DNA of 64,000 nt from Escherichia coli (lineage in GTDB: Bacteria; Pseudomonadota; Gammaproteobacteria; Enterobacterales; Enterobacteriaceae). The translations under genes were made by a program, and so were the position numbers. The notes below the pieces were generated by a model that saw only the letters and a program-made list of their open reading frames with translations, was not told the DNA's origin and made no database searches. Where the stretch lies: assembly GCF_003019035.1 (NCBI RefSeq), contig NZ_CP027447.1, one strand, 5' to 3'. Shown one piece after another: positions 20,869 to 33,794 of the stretch (within the stretch, counting starts at the first letter, position 1; every line of letters begins with the position of its first letter).

Positions 20869-20939
20869 CTCGTACCTTGCCGCTACAGTGAAGCAAGTCA
20901 TGCCTACAACGATACGCAGAAACACGAGGTCCTCTTTTA

Positions 20940-23900
20940 ATGGCGAATTTCTTTATTGATCGCCCCATTTTTGCCTGGGTGCTGGCAATCCTGTTGTGTC
21001 TGACAGGTACCCTGGCGATTTTTTCATTGCCCGTTGAACAATACCCCGATCTCGCGCCACCGAATGTGCGAGTGACCGCTAACTATCCCGGCGCATCGGC
21101 CCAGACGCTGGAAAACACCGTGACCCAGGTTATCGAGCAAAATATGACCGGCCTCGATAATCTGATGTATATGTCATCTCAGAGCAGCGGCACCGGTCAG
21201 GCATCTGTCACGTTAAGTTTTAAAGCAGGCACCGATCCGGACGAAGCCGTGCAGCAAGTACAAAACCAGCTACAATCAGCCATGCGAAAGTTACCGCAGG
21301 CGGTGCAAAATCAGGGCGTGACGGTGCGTAAAACCGGCGATACCAACATTCTGACCATTGCCTTCGTCTCTACCGATGGTTCGATGGATAAACAGGATAT
21401 TGCCGATTATGTTGCCAGTAATATTCAGGACCCGTTAAGCCGCGTGAATGGCGTCGGGGATATCGATGCCTATGGTTCGCAATATTCCATGCGTATCTGG
21501 CTGGACCCGGCGAAACTCAACAGTTTCCAGTTGACGGCTAAAGATGTCACCGATGCCATTGAATCACAGAACGCGCAGATTGCGGTTGGGCAACTTGGTG
21601 GTACGCCTTCCGTCGATAAGCAGGCGCTCAACGCCACCATTAACGCCCAGTCACTGCTGCAAACACCAGAACAGTTCCGCGATATCACCTTGCGGGTGAA
21701 TCAGGACGGCTCAGAGGTAAGGCTGGGCGATGTCGCCACCGTCGAAATGGGGGCGGAAAAATACGATTATCTTAGCCGCTTCAATGGTAAGCCAGCCTCC
21801 GGGCTGGGGGTAAAACTGGCCTCCGGCGCGAACGAAATGGCGACAGCGGAGCTGGTGCTCAATCGTCTCGACGAGCTGGCGCAGTATTTCCCGCACGGAC
21901 TGGAATACAAGGTGGCGTATGAAACCACCTCGTTTGTTAAAGCCTCCATTGAAGACGTGGTGAAAACGCTGCTGGAAGCTATCGCTCTGGTTTTCCTCGT
22001 TATGTATCTGTTCCTGCAAAACTTCCGCGCCACGCTGATACCCACTATCGCCGTGCCGGTGGTGTTGATGGGAACCTTCTCCGTACTTTATGCCTTCGGT
22101 TACAGCGTCAACACCTTAACCATGTTCGCGATGGTGCTGGCGATCGGTCTGCTGGTGGATGATGCCATCGTGGTGGTGGAAAACGTCGAACGTATTATGA
22201 GTGAGGAAGGACTCACTCCTCGCGAAGCCACACGTAAATCGATGGGGCAGATCCAGGGGGCACTGGTCGGGATTGCGATGGTGCTTTCGGCGGTATTTGT
22301 ACCAATGGCCTTCTTCGGCGGCACCACCGGTGCCATCTATCGCCAGTTCTCTATTACCATTGTTGCAGCGATGGTGCTGTCAGTACTGGTAGCGATGATC
22401 CTCACTCCGGCTCTGTGTGCCACGCTACTTAAGCCACTGAAAAAAGGTGAGCATCACGGGCAAAAAGGCTTTTTTGCCTGGTTTAACCAGATGTTTAACC
22501 GCAACGCCGAACGCTACGAAAAAGGGGTGGCGAAAATTCTCCACCGTAGCCTGCGCTGGATTGTGATTTATGTCCTGCTGCTTGGCGGCATGGTGTTCCT
22601 GTTCCTGCGTTTGCCGACGTCGTTCTTGCCACTTGAAGACCGTGGCATGTTTACTACCTCGGTACAGTTGCCCAGCGGTTCAACCCAACAACAGACCCTG
22701 AAAGTCGTTGAGCAAATCGAGAAATACTACTTCACCCATGAAAAAGACAACATCATGTCGGTGTTTGCCACTGTTGGTTCTGGCCCTGGGGGTAACGGGC
22801 AAAACGTGGCGAGAATGTTTATCCGCCTGAAAGACTGGAGCGAACGCGACAGTAAGACCGGCACCTCGTTTGCCATTATCGAGCGTGCAACGAAGGCGTT
22901 TAACAAGATTAAAGAAGCTCGCGTTATCGCCAGCAGCCCGCCAGCAATTAGCGGTCTTGGTAGTTCTGCAGGTTTTGATATGGAGTTGCAGGACCACGCT
23001 GGAGCGGGTCACGATGCGCTGATGGCAGCACGTAACCAGTTGCTGGCGCTGGCGGCGGAAAACCCGGAGCTAACCCGTGTGCGCCATAACGGCCTCGACG
23101 ACAGTCCGCAGTTGCAGATTGATATCGACCAGCGTAAAGCTCAGGCGCTGGGCGTTGCTATCGACGATATTAACGACACACTGCAAACCGCCTGGGGTTC
23201 GAGCTATGTGAATGACTTTATGGATCGCGGTCGCGTGAAGAAAGTCTATGTGCAGGCAGCTGCGCCGTATCGCATGCTGCCAGATGACATCAATCTCTGG
23301 TATGTCCGAAATAAAGATGGCGGCATGGTGCCCTTCTCTGCTTTCGCGACCTCACGCTGGGAGACAGGCTCGCCGCGTCTGGAACGCTATAACGGATATT
23401 CTGCGGTTGAGATTGTTGGGGAAGCCGCACCAGGAGTCAGTACCGGTACGGCGATGGATATTATGGAATCGTTAGTGAAGCAGTTGCCAAACGGCTTTGG
23501 TCTGGAGTGGACGGCGATGTCGTATCAGGAGCGGCTTTCCGGCGCGCAGGCTCCGGCGCTGTACGCCATTTCCTTGCTGGTGGTATTCCTGTGTCTTGCG
23601 GCGTTGTATGAAAGCTGGTCGGTGCCGTTCTCGGTAATGCTGGTCGTGCCGCTGGGGGTTATCGGCGCGCTGCTGGCAACCTGGATGCGCGGGCTGGAAA
23701 ACGACGTTTACTTCCAGGTGGGCCTGTTAACGGTCATTGGTTTATCGGCGAAAAACGCCATCCTGATCGTCGAGTTTGCTAACGAGATGAACCAAAAAGG
23801 CCACGACCTGTTTGAAGCGACGCTCCACGCCTGCCGTCAGCGTTTACGCCCGATTCTGATGACTTCGCTGGCATTTATCTTCGGCGTATTGCCAATGGCA

Positions 23901-24053
23901 ACCAGCACGGGTGCCGGTTCCGGTGGTCAGCATGCGGTGGGTACTGGCGTAATGGGCGGGATGATTTCGGCCACTATTCTGGCTATTTACTTCGTGCCGC
24001 TGTTCTTTGTGCTGGTGCGCCGCCGCTTCCCGCTGAAGCCGCGCCCGGAATAA
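20940..24053 (+). CDS. acrD: RND aminoglycoside/multidrug efflux pump AcrD
   Basis: 1037-aa ORF, AcrB/AcrD RND family; K-12 position after narQ. Confidence 0.95.
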   Translation: MANFFIDRPIFAWVLAILLCLTGTLAIFSLPVEQYPDLAPPNVRVTANYPGASAQTLENTVTQVIEQNMTGLDNLMYMSSQSSGTGQASVTLSFKAGTDPDEAVQQVQNQLQSAMRKLPQAVQNQGVTVRKTGDTNILTIAFVSTDGSMDKQDIADYVASNIQDPLSRVNGVGDIDAYGSQYSMRIWLDPAKLNSFQLTAKDVTDAIESQNAQIAVGQLGGTPSVDKQALNATINAQSLLQTPEQFRDITLRVNQDGSEVRLGDVATVEMGAEKYDYLSRFNGKPASGLGVKLASGANEMATAELVLNRLDELAQYFPHGLEYKVAYETTSFVKASIEDVVKTLLEAIALVFLVMYLFLQNFRATLIPTIAVPVVLMGTFSVLYAFGYSVNTLTMFAMVLAIGLLVDDAIVVVENVERIMSEEGLTPREATRKSMGQIQGALVGIAMVLSAVFVPMAFFGGTTGAIYRQFSITIVAAMVLSVLVAMILTPALCATLLKPLKKGEHHGQKGFFAWFNQMFNRNAERYEKGVAKILHRSLRWIVIYVLLLGGMVFLFLRLPTSFLPLEDRGMFTTSVQLPSGSTQQQTLKVVEQIEKYYFTHEKDNIMSVFATVGSGPGGNGQNVARMFIRLKDWSERDSKTGTSFAIIERATKAFNKIKEARVIASSPPAISGLGSSAGFDMELQDHAGAGHDALMAARNQLLALAAENPELTRVRHNGLDDSPQLQIDIDQRKAQALGVAIDDINDTLQTAWGSSYVNDFMDRGRVKKVYVQAAAPYRMLPDDINLWYVRNKDGGMVPFSAFATSRWETGSPRLERYNGYSAVEIVGEAAPGVSTGTAMDIMESLVKQLPNGFGLEWTAMSYQERLSGAQAPALYAISLLVVFLCLAALYESWSVPFSVMLVVPLGVIGALLATWMRGLENDVYFQVGLLTVIGLSAKNAILIVEFANEMNQKGHDLFEATLHACRQRLRPILMTSLAFIFGVLPMATSTGAGSGGQHAVGTGVMGGMISATILAIYFVPLFFVLVRRRFPLKPRPE

Positions 24054-24060
24054 GCAATAA

Positions 24061-24095
24061 AAAAGGCGACATGCTAATGTGTCGCCTTTTTCAAT
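24061..24095. terminator. Rho-independent bidirectional terminator (acrD on plus, ypfM on minus)
   Basis: Hairpin GGCGACA...TGTCGCC flanked by an A-run upstream and a T-run downstream. Confidence 0.7.
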
Positions 24096-24151
24096 TTTCC
24101 GATTAAGAACCTGCTCAGCGGGTTCTTGCTGTTTGTACTTTGTCTCAGGAA

Positions 24152-24211
24152 TTACTTACGAAGCATAACTTCGATAAAGTCTTTCCAGTTCCCCAGTTCA
24201 CGTTCAATCAT
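24152..24211 (-). CDS. ypfM: Small protein YpfM (19 aa)
   Basis: Minus-strand ORF MIERELGNWKDFIEVMLRK with AGAGAGG ribosome-binding site; below the ORF-track size cutoff; recalled from K-12 annotation. Confidence 0.7.
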   Translation of the reverse strand: MIERELGNWKDFIEVMLRK

Positions 24212-24573
24212 AACAACCTCTCTTATAATTATGGGTATTCTACGGAAACAATATACCGTGGTGAAGCTAATTTACTCGATTGCTGCGATGACTACCTCCG
24301 GGGGACAAACCTTATGTAAATACTATGGTCCTGCGGTGATAATTTGTATGTGATACACAGCAACATTTCGAGATATTCATACGGCATCTAATACTGATTT
24401 AATTCTGGTTAAAATACAGACAGATAACAAGATGAATATTCTTAATGTTTACGTTAAAAATGTTTAATGTTATTTAATAGTTGTTAATTTGAATACTTCG
24501 ATAATGTTATATTTCCTGATAATCATTTGCAGGCAAAATGTTTTCACCCTTAAATGAGTATTTATTCTCATAA

Positions 24574-24948
<375 letters not shown>

Positions 24949-24951
24949 TCT

Positions 24952-26079
24952 ATGTCGTGCCCGGTTATTGAGCTGACACAACAGCTTATTCGCCGCCCTT
25001 CCCTGAGTCCTGATGACGCAGGATGCCAGGCTTTGTTGATTGAACGTTTGCAGGCGATCGGTTTTACCGTTGAACGCATGGACTTTGCCGATACGCAGAA
25101 TTTTTGGGCATGGCGTGGGCAGGGTGAAACGTTAGCCTTTGCCGGGCATACCGACGTGGTGCCGCCTGGCGACGCCGACCGTTGGATCAATCCGCCGTTT
25201 GAACCCACCATTCGTGACGGCATGTTATTCGGGCGCGGTGCGGCAGATATGAAAGGCTCGCTGGCGGCGATGGTGGTAGCGGCAGAACGTTTTGTCGCAC
25301 AACATCCCAACCATACGGGGCGACTGGCATTTCTGATCACCTCTGATGAAGAAGCCAGTGCCCACAACGGTACGGTAAAAGTCGTCGAGGCGTTAATGGC
25401 ACGTAATGAGCGTCTCGATTACTGCCTGGTCGGCGAACCGTCGAGTATCGAAGTGGTAGGTGATGTGGTGAAAAATGGTCGTCGCGGATCATTAACCTGC
25501 AACCTTACCATTCATGGCGTTCAGGGGCATGTTGCCTACCCGCATCTGGCTGACAATCCGGTACATCGCGCAGCACCTTTCCTTAATGAATTAGTGGCTA
25601 TTGAGTGGGATCAGGGCAATGAATTTTTCCCGGCGACCAGTATGCAGATTGCCAATATTCAGGCGGGAACGGGCAGTAACAACGTTATTCCGGGTGAACT
25701 GTTTGTGCAGTTTAACTTCCGCTTCAGCACCGAACTGACTGATGAGATGATCAAAGCGCAGGTACTTGCCCTGCTTGAAAAACATCAACTGCGCTATACG
25801 GTGGATTGGTGGCTTTCCGGGCAGCCATTTTTGACCGCACGCGGTAAACTGGTGGATGCGGTCGTTAACGCGGTTGAGCACTATAATGAAATTAAACCGC
25901 AGCTACTGACCACAGGCGGAACGTCCGACGGGCGCTTTATTGCCCGCATGGGGGCGCAGGTGGTGGAACTCGGGCCGGTCAATGCCACTATTCATAAAAT
26001 TAATGAATGTGTGAACGCTGCCGACCTGCAGCTACTTGCCCGTATGTATCAACGTATCATGGAACAGCTCGTCGCGTGA
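24952..26079 (+). CDS. dapE: Succinyl-diaminopimelate desuccinylase DapE
   Basis: 375-aa ORF, M20 peptidase family. Confidence 0.95.
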
Positions 26080-26106
26080 TGAGTGGTTCCGCAAGAGGAA
26101 ATAAGC

Positions 26107-26307
26107 ATGGACTGGCTGGCTAAATATTGGTGGATTCTGGTGATTGTCTTTTTGGTAGGCGTCCTGCTGAACGTGATTAAAGATCTCAAGCGCGTCGACC
26201 ATAAGAAATTTCTCGCCAACAAGCCGGAGCTTCCCCCGCATCGTGATTTCAACGATAAGTGGGACGATGACGACGACTGGCCGAAAAAGGATCAACCGAA
26301 GAAGTAA
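26107..26307 (+). CDS. ypfN: Small membrane protein YpfN (UPF0370)
   Basis: 66 aa from [14 protein letters not shown] with AAGAGGAA ribosome-binding site; single transmembrane helix. Confidence 0.88.
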
Positions 26308-26312
26308 GCTAA

Positions 26313-26378
26313 GTGGCCGGATAAGGCGTTAACGCCGCATCCGGCCATGATGCCTGATACAGTCTTATCAGACCTACC
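26313..26378. repeat. REP/BIME palindromic repeat elements
   Basis: GCCGGATAAGGCGTTAACGCCGCATCCGGC followed by a second REP-like GCCTGATACAGTCTTATCAGACCTAC. Confidence 0.8.
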
Positions 26379-26387
26379 CGGCTATTA

Positions 26388-27086
26388 TTACATCATTTCA
26401 ATCACATCATCATCGCCAGGCTTACCGCCGCTTAGCGCTTCGTCGAAATAATGTTTCGGAATGGTATAACGCAAGTGATCCAGAGCAAATTGCATACTGC
26501 GATTGTCGATCGCATGGCCTAAATCCTCCACGATATCCAGCGTCACGTCACCACCGGCACTGATTAACGCTTCCTGCGCCGCAACCGCATGCGCCAGATC
26601 GATAACCGGATCTTCACCGCCATGAATCAGGTGAATTGTCGTGGCTGTAGACGCAGTTTCCGGCAGGCTCGCATACCGTCCGTTAAAGGCAATGACGCGT
26701 GAGGCAAGGCCCGGTTCGGCTTTAATGCTCTCCAGCGCCATAATCGCGCCTTGAGAGAAACCGATTAGCGCCGTGGCGTTAGCCCCTACTCCGCTCTGTT
26801 TCTGCCAGTAGCGCACCGTTTCAATAAACGTCGGCATGATGGCATCCACACGCGCCTGGCGATTATCTTCCGTAATACCCTGCACCGAAAACCACTGACG
26901 CCCCGCCGGATTACCGCTCGGCTCCGCGCCTCCGACACTCACCACCAGCGCATCAGGAAATAGCGGCGCAAACCAGCTGCCTATTTCCCCCATTGCCACC
27001 GGGTTATCCCCGACACCGTGGAAAAGCAGTAACAACTGTTGCGCAGGTTTATCCGGGCTTTGAACAACAAAATGGTCATGTTTCAT
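26388..27086 (-). CDS. ypfH: Esterase YpfH (alpha/beta hydrolase)
   Basis: 232 aa from MKHDHFVV; GFSQG serine-hydrolase motif. Confidence 0.9.
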   Translation of the reverse strand: MKHDHFVVQSPDKPAQQLLLLFHGVGDNPVAMGEIGSWFAPLFPDALVVSVGGAEPSGNPAGRQWFSVQGITEDNRQARVDAIMPTFIETVRYWQKQSGVGANATALIGFSQGAIMALESIKAEPGLASRVIAFNGRYASLPETASTATTIHLIHGGEDPVIDLAHAVAAQEALISAGGDVTLDIVEDLGHAIDNRSMQFALDHLRYTIPKHYFDEALSGGKPGDDDVIEMM

Positions 27087-27159
27087 GGCGAACTCCTTAA
27101 CTGATGTCATTAATTTTACGCCGCTGACTCACAATGACCATGGGAGAAAATTGAAGGAG

Positions 27160-29175
27160 TCAGTGAAAAAATTGCCATTGCGTTATGCGATCGCGCAAAC
27201 GCTCAGTGCGAACATCATCAAGTGCGTATAGCGCCTGCGCGGCCTCTTCCCGCTGACGGACCAGTAACAGCTTACGGCCTGAAAGTTTAAGTGTGGTACA
27301 TAACTGCGCGTCACTGGCGTTTTTCTGTAAACGCCCACGCAGCGCCGGTAATGCCATTTCGCTGGTTTGTAACAGACGCATTAAGCAACCTAACGACGTT
27401 AATAGCGGACGATGAGCGAAAGCAAAACCGGCCAGTTCAAGCCAGTCGTCGTCAGAAAGGACGGCATCATTTAGTGGATCAACAGGGAGCGTTTCGCCAT
27501 TCCACTTTGCGAGAGCTTGCGCATCGCGACGTAAACGGTAATGCTCACGTTCAGCCAGCTGTTTACCCGCATCACTCATCGGTAACAGCGCCATCGCCGT
27601 ATAGCAACCGCTGCTGGCTTCACGATGATTACCCATTCGCACCAGCACAAAACCGCAGCGTTGCCAGAAACGCCATAATTCCCCGGTGTAACCAAAACTC
27701 ACCGAAAGATAGTCGAGGTCATGCGTATATTGCAAAGCACCAGCAATCAGTTGCTGACCTGTGCCTTCCCGCTGACGAGCCGGATGAACTGCTATCCGGC
27801 TAACCCGCCGTCCACGCAATGTCGCCGCCAGTGGATTGCTGCCGTGCGCCGCCAGCGACTGGGCCACCAGATTACCCCGCGGGCGACGAAAACCTGCCCA
27901 TACCGCCTGACTGAGTTCTTGAGATAATCCGCCCTCATCCACCAGCCACAGCGCCCCGGCAATCGCGTTTTCGCCAGCCGCCTGTAAAAAATGTTGCCCT
28001 GGTGCATCCATCATGCGGCGTAAATCCAGCGGCGAAGTCCGGTAGTGCGCACCAGACAATAATTGATAAACCTTTAACGGCGTTTGTGGCTCGCTTCGCC
28101 ATAACGTCTGTTCAAATGCGGAAATGACGATATTGCCTTGTGGTGTGTGGGTGAAGTTTTCATCGTCAAAAACCAGTGCCTCACTAACCATTTTTTCCAG
28201 CGGGCATCCCTGTGCCCAGCGGATCGGCTGTTGCAGTTCAAAACGGTGTAAATGCGGAAAGCGAGCGCAAAATTTCAGCAAAAAACCACGTCCCGTGCCT
28301 TCGTAGCCCTGCACCGTAGTGGTTAACAACGTTCGAGGAAAACGCGATACCAGTTGATGCAACAACGGCGCAGGTATGGCTGCGGCTTCATCGACCACCA
28401 GCCAGTCGGCTTGCTCATCGCTGGCTAACAAGGCATCCGGCGCAATAAAGCGAAACTTCTCGCCCGCAAATTGTGCCAGTACATACGTTGCCGCTTTTGC
28501 GGGCGCGGTGACAATCGTACTACCCGCAATACGAGAAATGAGTTGCCCTGCCAGCGCCGATTTACCGCGCCCACGCGCAGCCGTTACCACCGCCACGCCC
28601 AATGGCATGGTCAGTAGCTGCTGTAAGAGTTGCTGTTGTTCTGGCTGTGGTGCGCCGGTCGCGGGGTGCCAGTCAGTACGGGGAGTAAAATGCGCCAACG
28701 TGAACGGCTGGTTCTGCCGCCAGAGGATAGCGTCGTTATTCGCCGTAAGTACGCGTTTGAGATGCTGGACAAAATGCGGCGTCGCAATAGGGTCAGGGCA
28801 ATCACTCCAGCGCAGCGAGTCGGCATCAGGTTGGTTTTCCCACTCTTCCCATACAGGGAGTAACAACACCAGCCAGCTTCCCGCTTTCAACGTTCCGCTA
28901 AGTGCCGCAAAGGCAGCGGCATCAAAGCCGTGGCGGGCGTCGAATACCGCATGCCGGAACTCGCGCCCAAGTAAAGTTTGTAGCGCCGAGGGAGAACAGT
29001 GGTTTTCAGCATCTGGCTGCGGCGAAATCCACAGCCAGTCGCCAGGTAAGGCATCACGCAACTTAAGCGCATGATCAAAACACCAACCCTCTTCCCCGCT
29101 CAACACCAGCAAGCGGCGGATCCCTTCACGTTTCATTTGCGCTGTTAATGTGTGAAGCGCAGTCAGTTCAGCCAT
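27160..29175 (-). CDS. tmcA: tRNA(Met) cytidine acetyltransferase TmcA
   Basis: 671-aa ORF with Walker A (ARGRGKS) and GNAT domain. Confidence 0.93.
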   Translation of the reverse strand: MAELTALHTLTAQMKREGIRRLLVLSGEEGWCFDHALKLRDALPGDWLWISPQPDAENHCSPSALQTLLGREFRHAVFDARHGFDAAAFAALSGTLKAGSWLVLLLPVWEEWENQPDADSLRWSDCPDPIATPHFVQHLKRVLTANNDAILWRQNQPFTLAHFTPRTDWHPATGAPQPEQQQLLQQLLTMPLGVAVVTAARGRGKSALAGQLISRIAGSTIVTAPAKAATYVLAQFAGEKFRFIAPDALLASDEQADWLVVDEAAAIPAPLLHQLVSRFPRTLLTTTVQGYEGTGRGFLLKFCARFPHLHRFELQQPIRWAQGCPLEKMVSEALVFDDENFTHTPQGNIVISAFEQTLWRSEPQTPLKVYQLLSGAHYRTSPLDLRRMMDAPGQHFLQAAGENAIAGALWLVDEGGLSQELSQAVWAGFRRPRGNLVAQSLAAHGSNPLAATLRGRRVSRIAVHPARQREGTGQQLIAGALQYTHDLDYLSVSFGYTGELWRFWQRCGFVLVRMGNHREASSGCYTAMALLPMSDAGKQLAEREHYRLRRDAQALAKWNGETLPVDPLNDAVLSDDDWLELAGFAFAHRPLLTSLGCLMRLLQTSEMALPALRGRLQKNASDAQLCTTLKLSGRKLLLVRQREEAAQALYALDDVRTERLRDRITQWQFFH

Positions 29176-29189
29176 CCCTGCCCCGGAAG

Positions 29190-30053
29190 TTAAATGCTTT
29201 TACCAAAAGTATTGCATTGTGCCGGATCGCCGCTGTCGAAACCACGTTTAAACCAGCTGTAGCGTTGCTGAGAAGTGCCATGAGTGAAACTGTCTGGTAC
29301 TACTCGCCCCTGACTTTGCTGTTGTAAACGGTCATCGCCGATGGCCTGCGCCGCGTTCAGCGCCTCTTCCAGATCGCCGGTTTCCAGAACACCTTGCTGC
29401 TGCATACTATGCCCCCAGACACCGGCAAAACAGTCGGCCTGGAGTTCCATACGCACAGATAAGCGGTTCACTTCCGCCTGCGTCGCGTTTTCTTGCAGTT
29501 GACGAACTTTCGGCTCGATGCCTAACAGTTTCTGCACATGATGACCGACTTCATGGGCGATAACGTACCCCTGGGCAAAATCGCCATCCGCGCCAAGTTT
29601 GTCTTTCATGTCATCATAGAAGGAGAGATCGATATAAACCGTGCCATCCGCCGGGCAATAGAACGGTCCCATAATGGATTGGCCCGCCCCGCAGCCGGTG
29701 CGCGTCATTCCACGGTACATGACCAGCTTCGGTTGCTGATAGGTTTTACCCATCTTCTCGAATTGCTGTCCCCAGGTGTCTTCCGTGGTTGCCAGAATCA
29801 CCGAAGTGAATTTTGCGGCTTCGTCTTCATTAGGACTAATTGACCGTGTTGATTGCTGTTGGGAAACCGGCTGTCCGGTCATCAACCCGGTTAAATCAAC
29901 GCCATAGTAGCCTGCAACCAGCACGACTATCAGTAAAATCAGCCCGCCTTTACCGCTTGGCAGGCGAAAACCTGGACCGCCCATTGACGGACCACCAGAG
30001 CTGTTGCGCCTGTCTTCAACATTGTCACTTTCACGTCGCCCTTGCCAACGCAT
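29190..30053 (-). CDS. ypfJ: Putative neutral zinc metallopeptidase YpfJ
   Basis: 287-aa ORF with HEVGHH zinc-binding motif and N-terminal transmembrane segment. Confidence 0.9.
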   Translation of the reverse strand: MRWQGRRESDNVEDRRNSSGGPSMGGPGFRLPSGKGGLILLIVVLVAGYYGVDLTGLMTGQPVSQQQSTRSISPNEDEAAKFTSVILATTEDTWGQQFEKMGKTYQQPKLVMYRGMTRTGCGAGQSIMGPFYCPADGTVYIDLSFYDDMKDKLGADGDFAQGYVIAHEVGHHVQKLLGIEPKVRQLQENATQAEVNRLSVRMELQADCFAGVWGHSMQQQGVLETGDLEEALNAAQAIGDDRLQQQSQGRVVPDSFTHGTSQQRYSWFKRGFDSGDPAQCNTFGKSI

Positions 30054-30220
30054 AGATACCTCAACAATATATTCATTATAGAAATGATCGTAGGTGGTTC
30101 AGAGGAAGATTACCACAGGAAAGCGGGATGAAATGGCGGAGGAATGAGCGTTCAATGCACATCTTCCGAGAGCGGTTGTCTTGCCGTGCCAGCTGCACGG
30201 CAAGATGATGAACAGAAAAA

Positions 30221-30934
30221 TCAGTCCAGCTGTACACCCAGGCGGCGGGCGACGGCTTCATAGGCCTCGATCAGGCCACCGAGGCTCTGGCGGAAACGGT
30301 CTTTGTCCATTTTCTCCAGCGTTTCTTTGTCCCACAAGCGGCTGCCGTCCGGGGAGAACTCATCGCCCAGTACCACTTCACCTTTGTACAGACCAAACTC
30401 CAGCTTGAAGTCGACCAGAATGAGACCAGCATCATCGAACAGTTTTTTCAGCACGTCGTTCGCTTTGTAGGTCAGCTCTTTCATGCGTGCCAGGTTCTCT
30501 TTGCTTACCCAGCCAAAGGTTTCGCAGTAAGATTCGTTGACCATCGGATCGTGCATGGCGTCGTTTTTCAGGAACAGATCGAACAGCGGCGGGTTCAGCT
30601 CAATACCTTCTTCGATTCCAAGACGTTTCACCAGAGAGCCAGCAGCACGGTTACGCACGACACACTCAACCGGCACCATATCCAGCTTTTTCACCAGACA
30701 TTCGGTATCGGAGAGCAGACGCTCCATTTGAGTCGGGATACCCGCTTCAGCCAGTTTGCTCATAATGAAGTAGTTGAACTTGTTGTTCACCATACCTTTG
30801 CGATCAAACTGCTCAATGCGCGCGCCATCCCCTGCTGACGTATCATTGCGGAATTCGAGCACCAACAGGTCCGGGTTTTCCGTGCTGTATACGGTTTTCG
30901 CTTTACCACGATACAACTCAGCTTGCTTTTGCAT
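30221..30934 (-). CDS. purC: SAICAR synthetase PurC
   Basis: 237 aa from [18 protein letters not shown]. Confidence 0.95.
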
Positions 30935-30984
30935 CTTTATCACTCCTGGGTGTGAATTAACGTTTTAAAATCTATTGCTGTCTG

Positions 30985-31035
30985 GTGTGCCGGATGTTTT
31001 GTCGGATGCGGCAAGAACGCCTTATCCGACCTACG
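30985..31035. repeat. REP-like palindromic repeat in the purC-bamC intergenic region
   Basis: GCCGGATG...GTCGGATGCGGCAAGAACGCCTTATCCGACCTAC. Confidence 0.6.
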
Positions 31036-31087
31036 TCCGACAAACAAATTTCGTGCGAATTACCGCTAAAATCGCATTTTTCTGCCG

Positions 31088-31103
31088 ACGCACACGTTTG
31101 CGT
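31088..31103. promoter_or_regulatory. PurR-box-like operator in purC upstream region
   Basis: ACGCACACGTTTGCGT, a near-palindromic match to the PurR operator consensus (ACGCAAACGTTTGCGT-type). Confidence 0.6.
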
Positions 31104-31146
31104 ATCATATCAGAAAAAAGGGCCGGATGACTCCAGCCCTGTATTT

Positions 31147-32181
31147 TTACTTGCTAAACGCAGCCTGGAAGACAGCTACCAGCGCGTCATTCTGACTCTG
31201 AGTCAGAGTATGACCTTTCGGATCGATGAACTGTAGGCTGCTGCGGTTATCTAAATCGCCAACCTGCAGTTTATAGTCACCGGATGCCAGGCCTGGATCG
31301 CTCGCGCCCAGTTCCTGCCAGTCGCTGTCAGACAGCGGCTTGTAAGTTACGGCCATGTTACCCTGCGAACGGGTGCTGTCGGTCACTTTCATGCCCACTT
31401 TTTCCAGCGCCGCTGGCAGACGTTGCCAAACCACATTGAACGGCCCGCGTACGACCAGCATCGGTAAACCGGTGTCATCAGCTGCACTTTGTACGTCCAT
31501 AGTGGTGGAGGCACGATTTTGCGCAGCGTTCGCGGCGTCAGTGGCAGATTTATCCAGACCGGCGGAAATAACGTTCATCATCTCCGTGCTGTAACGCTGC
31601 ATGGAAGCCGCGTCTGCAACCGGTTTGCCCGCCTGTTCCAGGTTCAGCAGTTTAACCGTAACCGCCTGCTGATAACCCTGCGGCTTAACAGAGATTTGAT
31701 AACGACCACGATACTGCTCGTCTTCGTCCAGACGGTTCCATTGTACCCAATCGGTGGTCAGTGTCTGACCAGCATCATCACGTTGGGTGATGGTGTAGTT
31801 TTTCGCCTGCAGCACGCTAACCACCTGCGGCCACAGAGTATTGCCACGACCATTTTCCACCAGCAATGAAGCGGTATCGCCCGTGAACTGGGTACGCGCG
31901 CCAGAAACCAGTGCCAGCGGCTGGGCTGGTGGACGAATGTCCAGCGCCTTACCGACAGCACCACTACCGTTGGTCACCGGGATTGCATAATCACCGGAGG
32001 TCACCGGCAAAATCATTCCAGCCGGGGCATGAAGCTCCGCAAGCGGTGCCGCTTCCAGGTAGGCTTCATCACCACTGACCTGACGCTTATAGCGTGAGTC
32101 AGAACTACAGGCAGCGAGTAATAAAACAAACGAAACACCCGCAACCTTTGCCAGGCGCGACTTTTGAACAGAGTAAGCCAT
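31147..32181 (-). CDS. bamC: Outer membrane protein assembly factor BamC (lipoprotein)
   Basis: 344 aa; lipobox LLAAC after signal peptide. Confidence 0.93.
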   Translation of the reverse strand: MAYSVQKSRLAKVAGVSFVLLLAACSSDSRYKRQVSGDEAYLEAAPLAELHAPAGMILPVTSGDYAIPVTNGSGAVGKALDIRPPAQPLALVSGARTQFTGDTASLLVENGRGNTLWPQVVSVLQAKNYTITQRDDAGQTLTTDWVQWNRLDEDEQYRGRYQISVKPQGYQQAVTVKLLNLEQAGKPVADAASMQRYSTEMMNVISAGLDKSATDAANAAQNRASTTMDVQSAADDTGLPMLVVRGPFNVVWQRLPAALEKVGMKVTDSTRSQGNMAVTYKPLSDSDWQELGASDPGLASGDYKLQVGDLDNRSSLQFIDPKGHTLTQSQNDALVAVFQAAFSK

Positions 32182-32197
32182 CAAATCTCCCTAAACT

Positions 32198-33076
32198 TTA
32201 CAGCAAACCGGCATGCTTAAGCGCCGCTCTGACCGTCTCACGACCACTGTCGGTGATAGGTGTCATTGGCAGGCGCAGCGTATCGGTCGCCACAAGACCC
32301 AGTTCCTTACATGCCCATTTCACCGGGATTGGATTGGGTTCGACAAATAGTTTGTTGTGTAATGGCATCAGACGCTGATTAATAACGCGTGCCTCGGCAA
32401 AATGCCCTTCTGCTGCCAGTTTGCACATCTGGGCCATATCACGCGCTGCGACGTTAGCCGTAACGGAAATAACCCCATGACCGCCTAATTGCATGAAGTC
32501 CAGCGCGCTCGCATCATCGCCGCTCAGCAGAACAAAATCATCTGAAACCAGCTCTTTGATCTGGTTTACACGCGTTAAGTTCCCTGTTGCCTCTTTGATT
32601 CCGATAATATTTTTTACTTTCGCCAGACGGCCCACCGTTTCCGGGAGCAGATCGCAGCCAGTACGGGACGGCACATTATACAGAATTTGCGGCAGGTCAG
32701 TATGTTCAGCGATGGCTTTGAAATGCTGATACAAACCTTCTTGCGACGGACGATTGTAGTAAGGGGTTACCGTCAGGCAGCCGACGATACCGCTGTCATT
32801 GAAGCGCTGCGTCAGGCTAATGGCTTCCGCAGTAGCGTTAGCACCGGTCCCGGCAATCACCGGAATGCGCCCGTCAGCCAGCTCCAGCGTCATCATCACC
32901 ACATCAGCATGTTCGTCATGATTTAAGGTAGCGGACTCGCCAGTGGTGCCAACAGAAACGATCGCCGAAGTACCGCTGGCGACATGATAATCAATCAGTT
33001 TTTTCAAGCTAGCCCGACAGACATTACCTTTTTCATCCATCGGAGTAACAATCGCGACAATACTTCCCGTGAACAT
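32198..33076 (-). CDS. dapA: 4-hydroxy-tetrahydrodipicolinate synthase DapA
   Basis: 292 aa from [19 protein letters not shown]. Confidence 0.95.
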   Translation of the reverse strand: MFTGSIVAIVTPMDEKGNVCRASLKKLIDYHVASGTSAIVSVGTTGESATLNHDEHADVVMMTLELADGRIPVIAGTGANATAEAISLTQRFNDSGIVGCLTVTPYYNRPSQEGLYQHFKAIAEHTDLPQILYNVPSRTGCDLLPETVGRLAKVKNIIGIKEATGNLTRVNQIKELVSDDFVLLSGDDASALDFMQLGGHGVISVTANVAARDMAQMCKLAAEGHFAEARVINQRLMPLHNKLFVEPNPIPVKWACKELGLVATDTLRLPMTPITDSGRETVRAALKHAGLL

Positions 33077-33221
33077 GGGCCATCCTCTGTGCAAACAAGT
33101 GTCTCAATGGTACGTTTGGTATGGCATTAAAAGCAAGCAGACAGAACCGTTCTGATTGTTGTATGCATGTTTTTTTTATGCTTTCCTTAAGAACAACTCA
33201 CCCCTTGAAGGAATAACCAGT

Positions 33222-33794
33222 TTGACACTGTCATCGCAACATTATCTGGTGATCACTGCGTTGGGTGCCGATCGCCCTGGAATAGTGAACACCATCACCC
33301 GTCATGTCAGTAGTTGCGGCTGTAATATTGAAGACAGTCGCCTGGCGATGCTGGGAGAAGAGTTCACGTTTATCATGCTGCTTTCCGGTTCATGGAATGC
33401 CATTACTCTGATTGAATCAACGTTACCGTTGAAAGGTGCCGAACTGGATCTTTTAATCGTGATGAAGCGCACGACGGCGCGTCCGCGTCCGCCAATGCCA
33501 GCATCTGTCTGGGTTCAGGTCGATGTGGCAGACTCCCCGCATTTAATTGAACGCTTCACAGCACTTTTCGACGCGCATCATATGAACATTGCGGAGCTGG
33601 TGTCGCGCACGCAACCTGCTGAAAATGAACGGGCTGCGCAGTTGCATATTCAGATAACTGCCCACAGCCCCGCATCTGCGGACGCAGCAAATATTGAGCA
33701 AGCGTTCAAAGCCCTATGTACAGAACTCAATGCACAAGGCAGTATTAACGTCGTCAATTATTCCCAACATGATGAACAGGATGGAGTTAAGTAA
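33222..33794 (+). CDS. gcvR: Glycine cleavage system transcriptional repressor GcvR
   Basis: 190 aa from a TTG start (LTLSSQHYLVITALGADRPGIV), ACT domains; start choice follows recalled K-12 annotation. Confidence 0.85.
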   Translation: MTLSSQHYLVITALGADRPGIVNTITRHVSSCGCNIEDSRLAMLGEEFTFIMLLSGSWNAITLIESTLPLKGAELDLLIVMKRTTARPRPPMPASVWVQVDVADSPHLIERFTALFDAHHMNIAELVSRTQPAENERAAQLHIQITAHSPASADAANIEQAFKALCTELNAQGSINVVNYSQHDEQDGVK

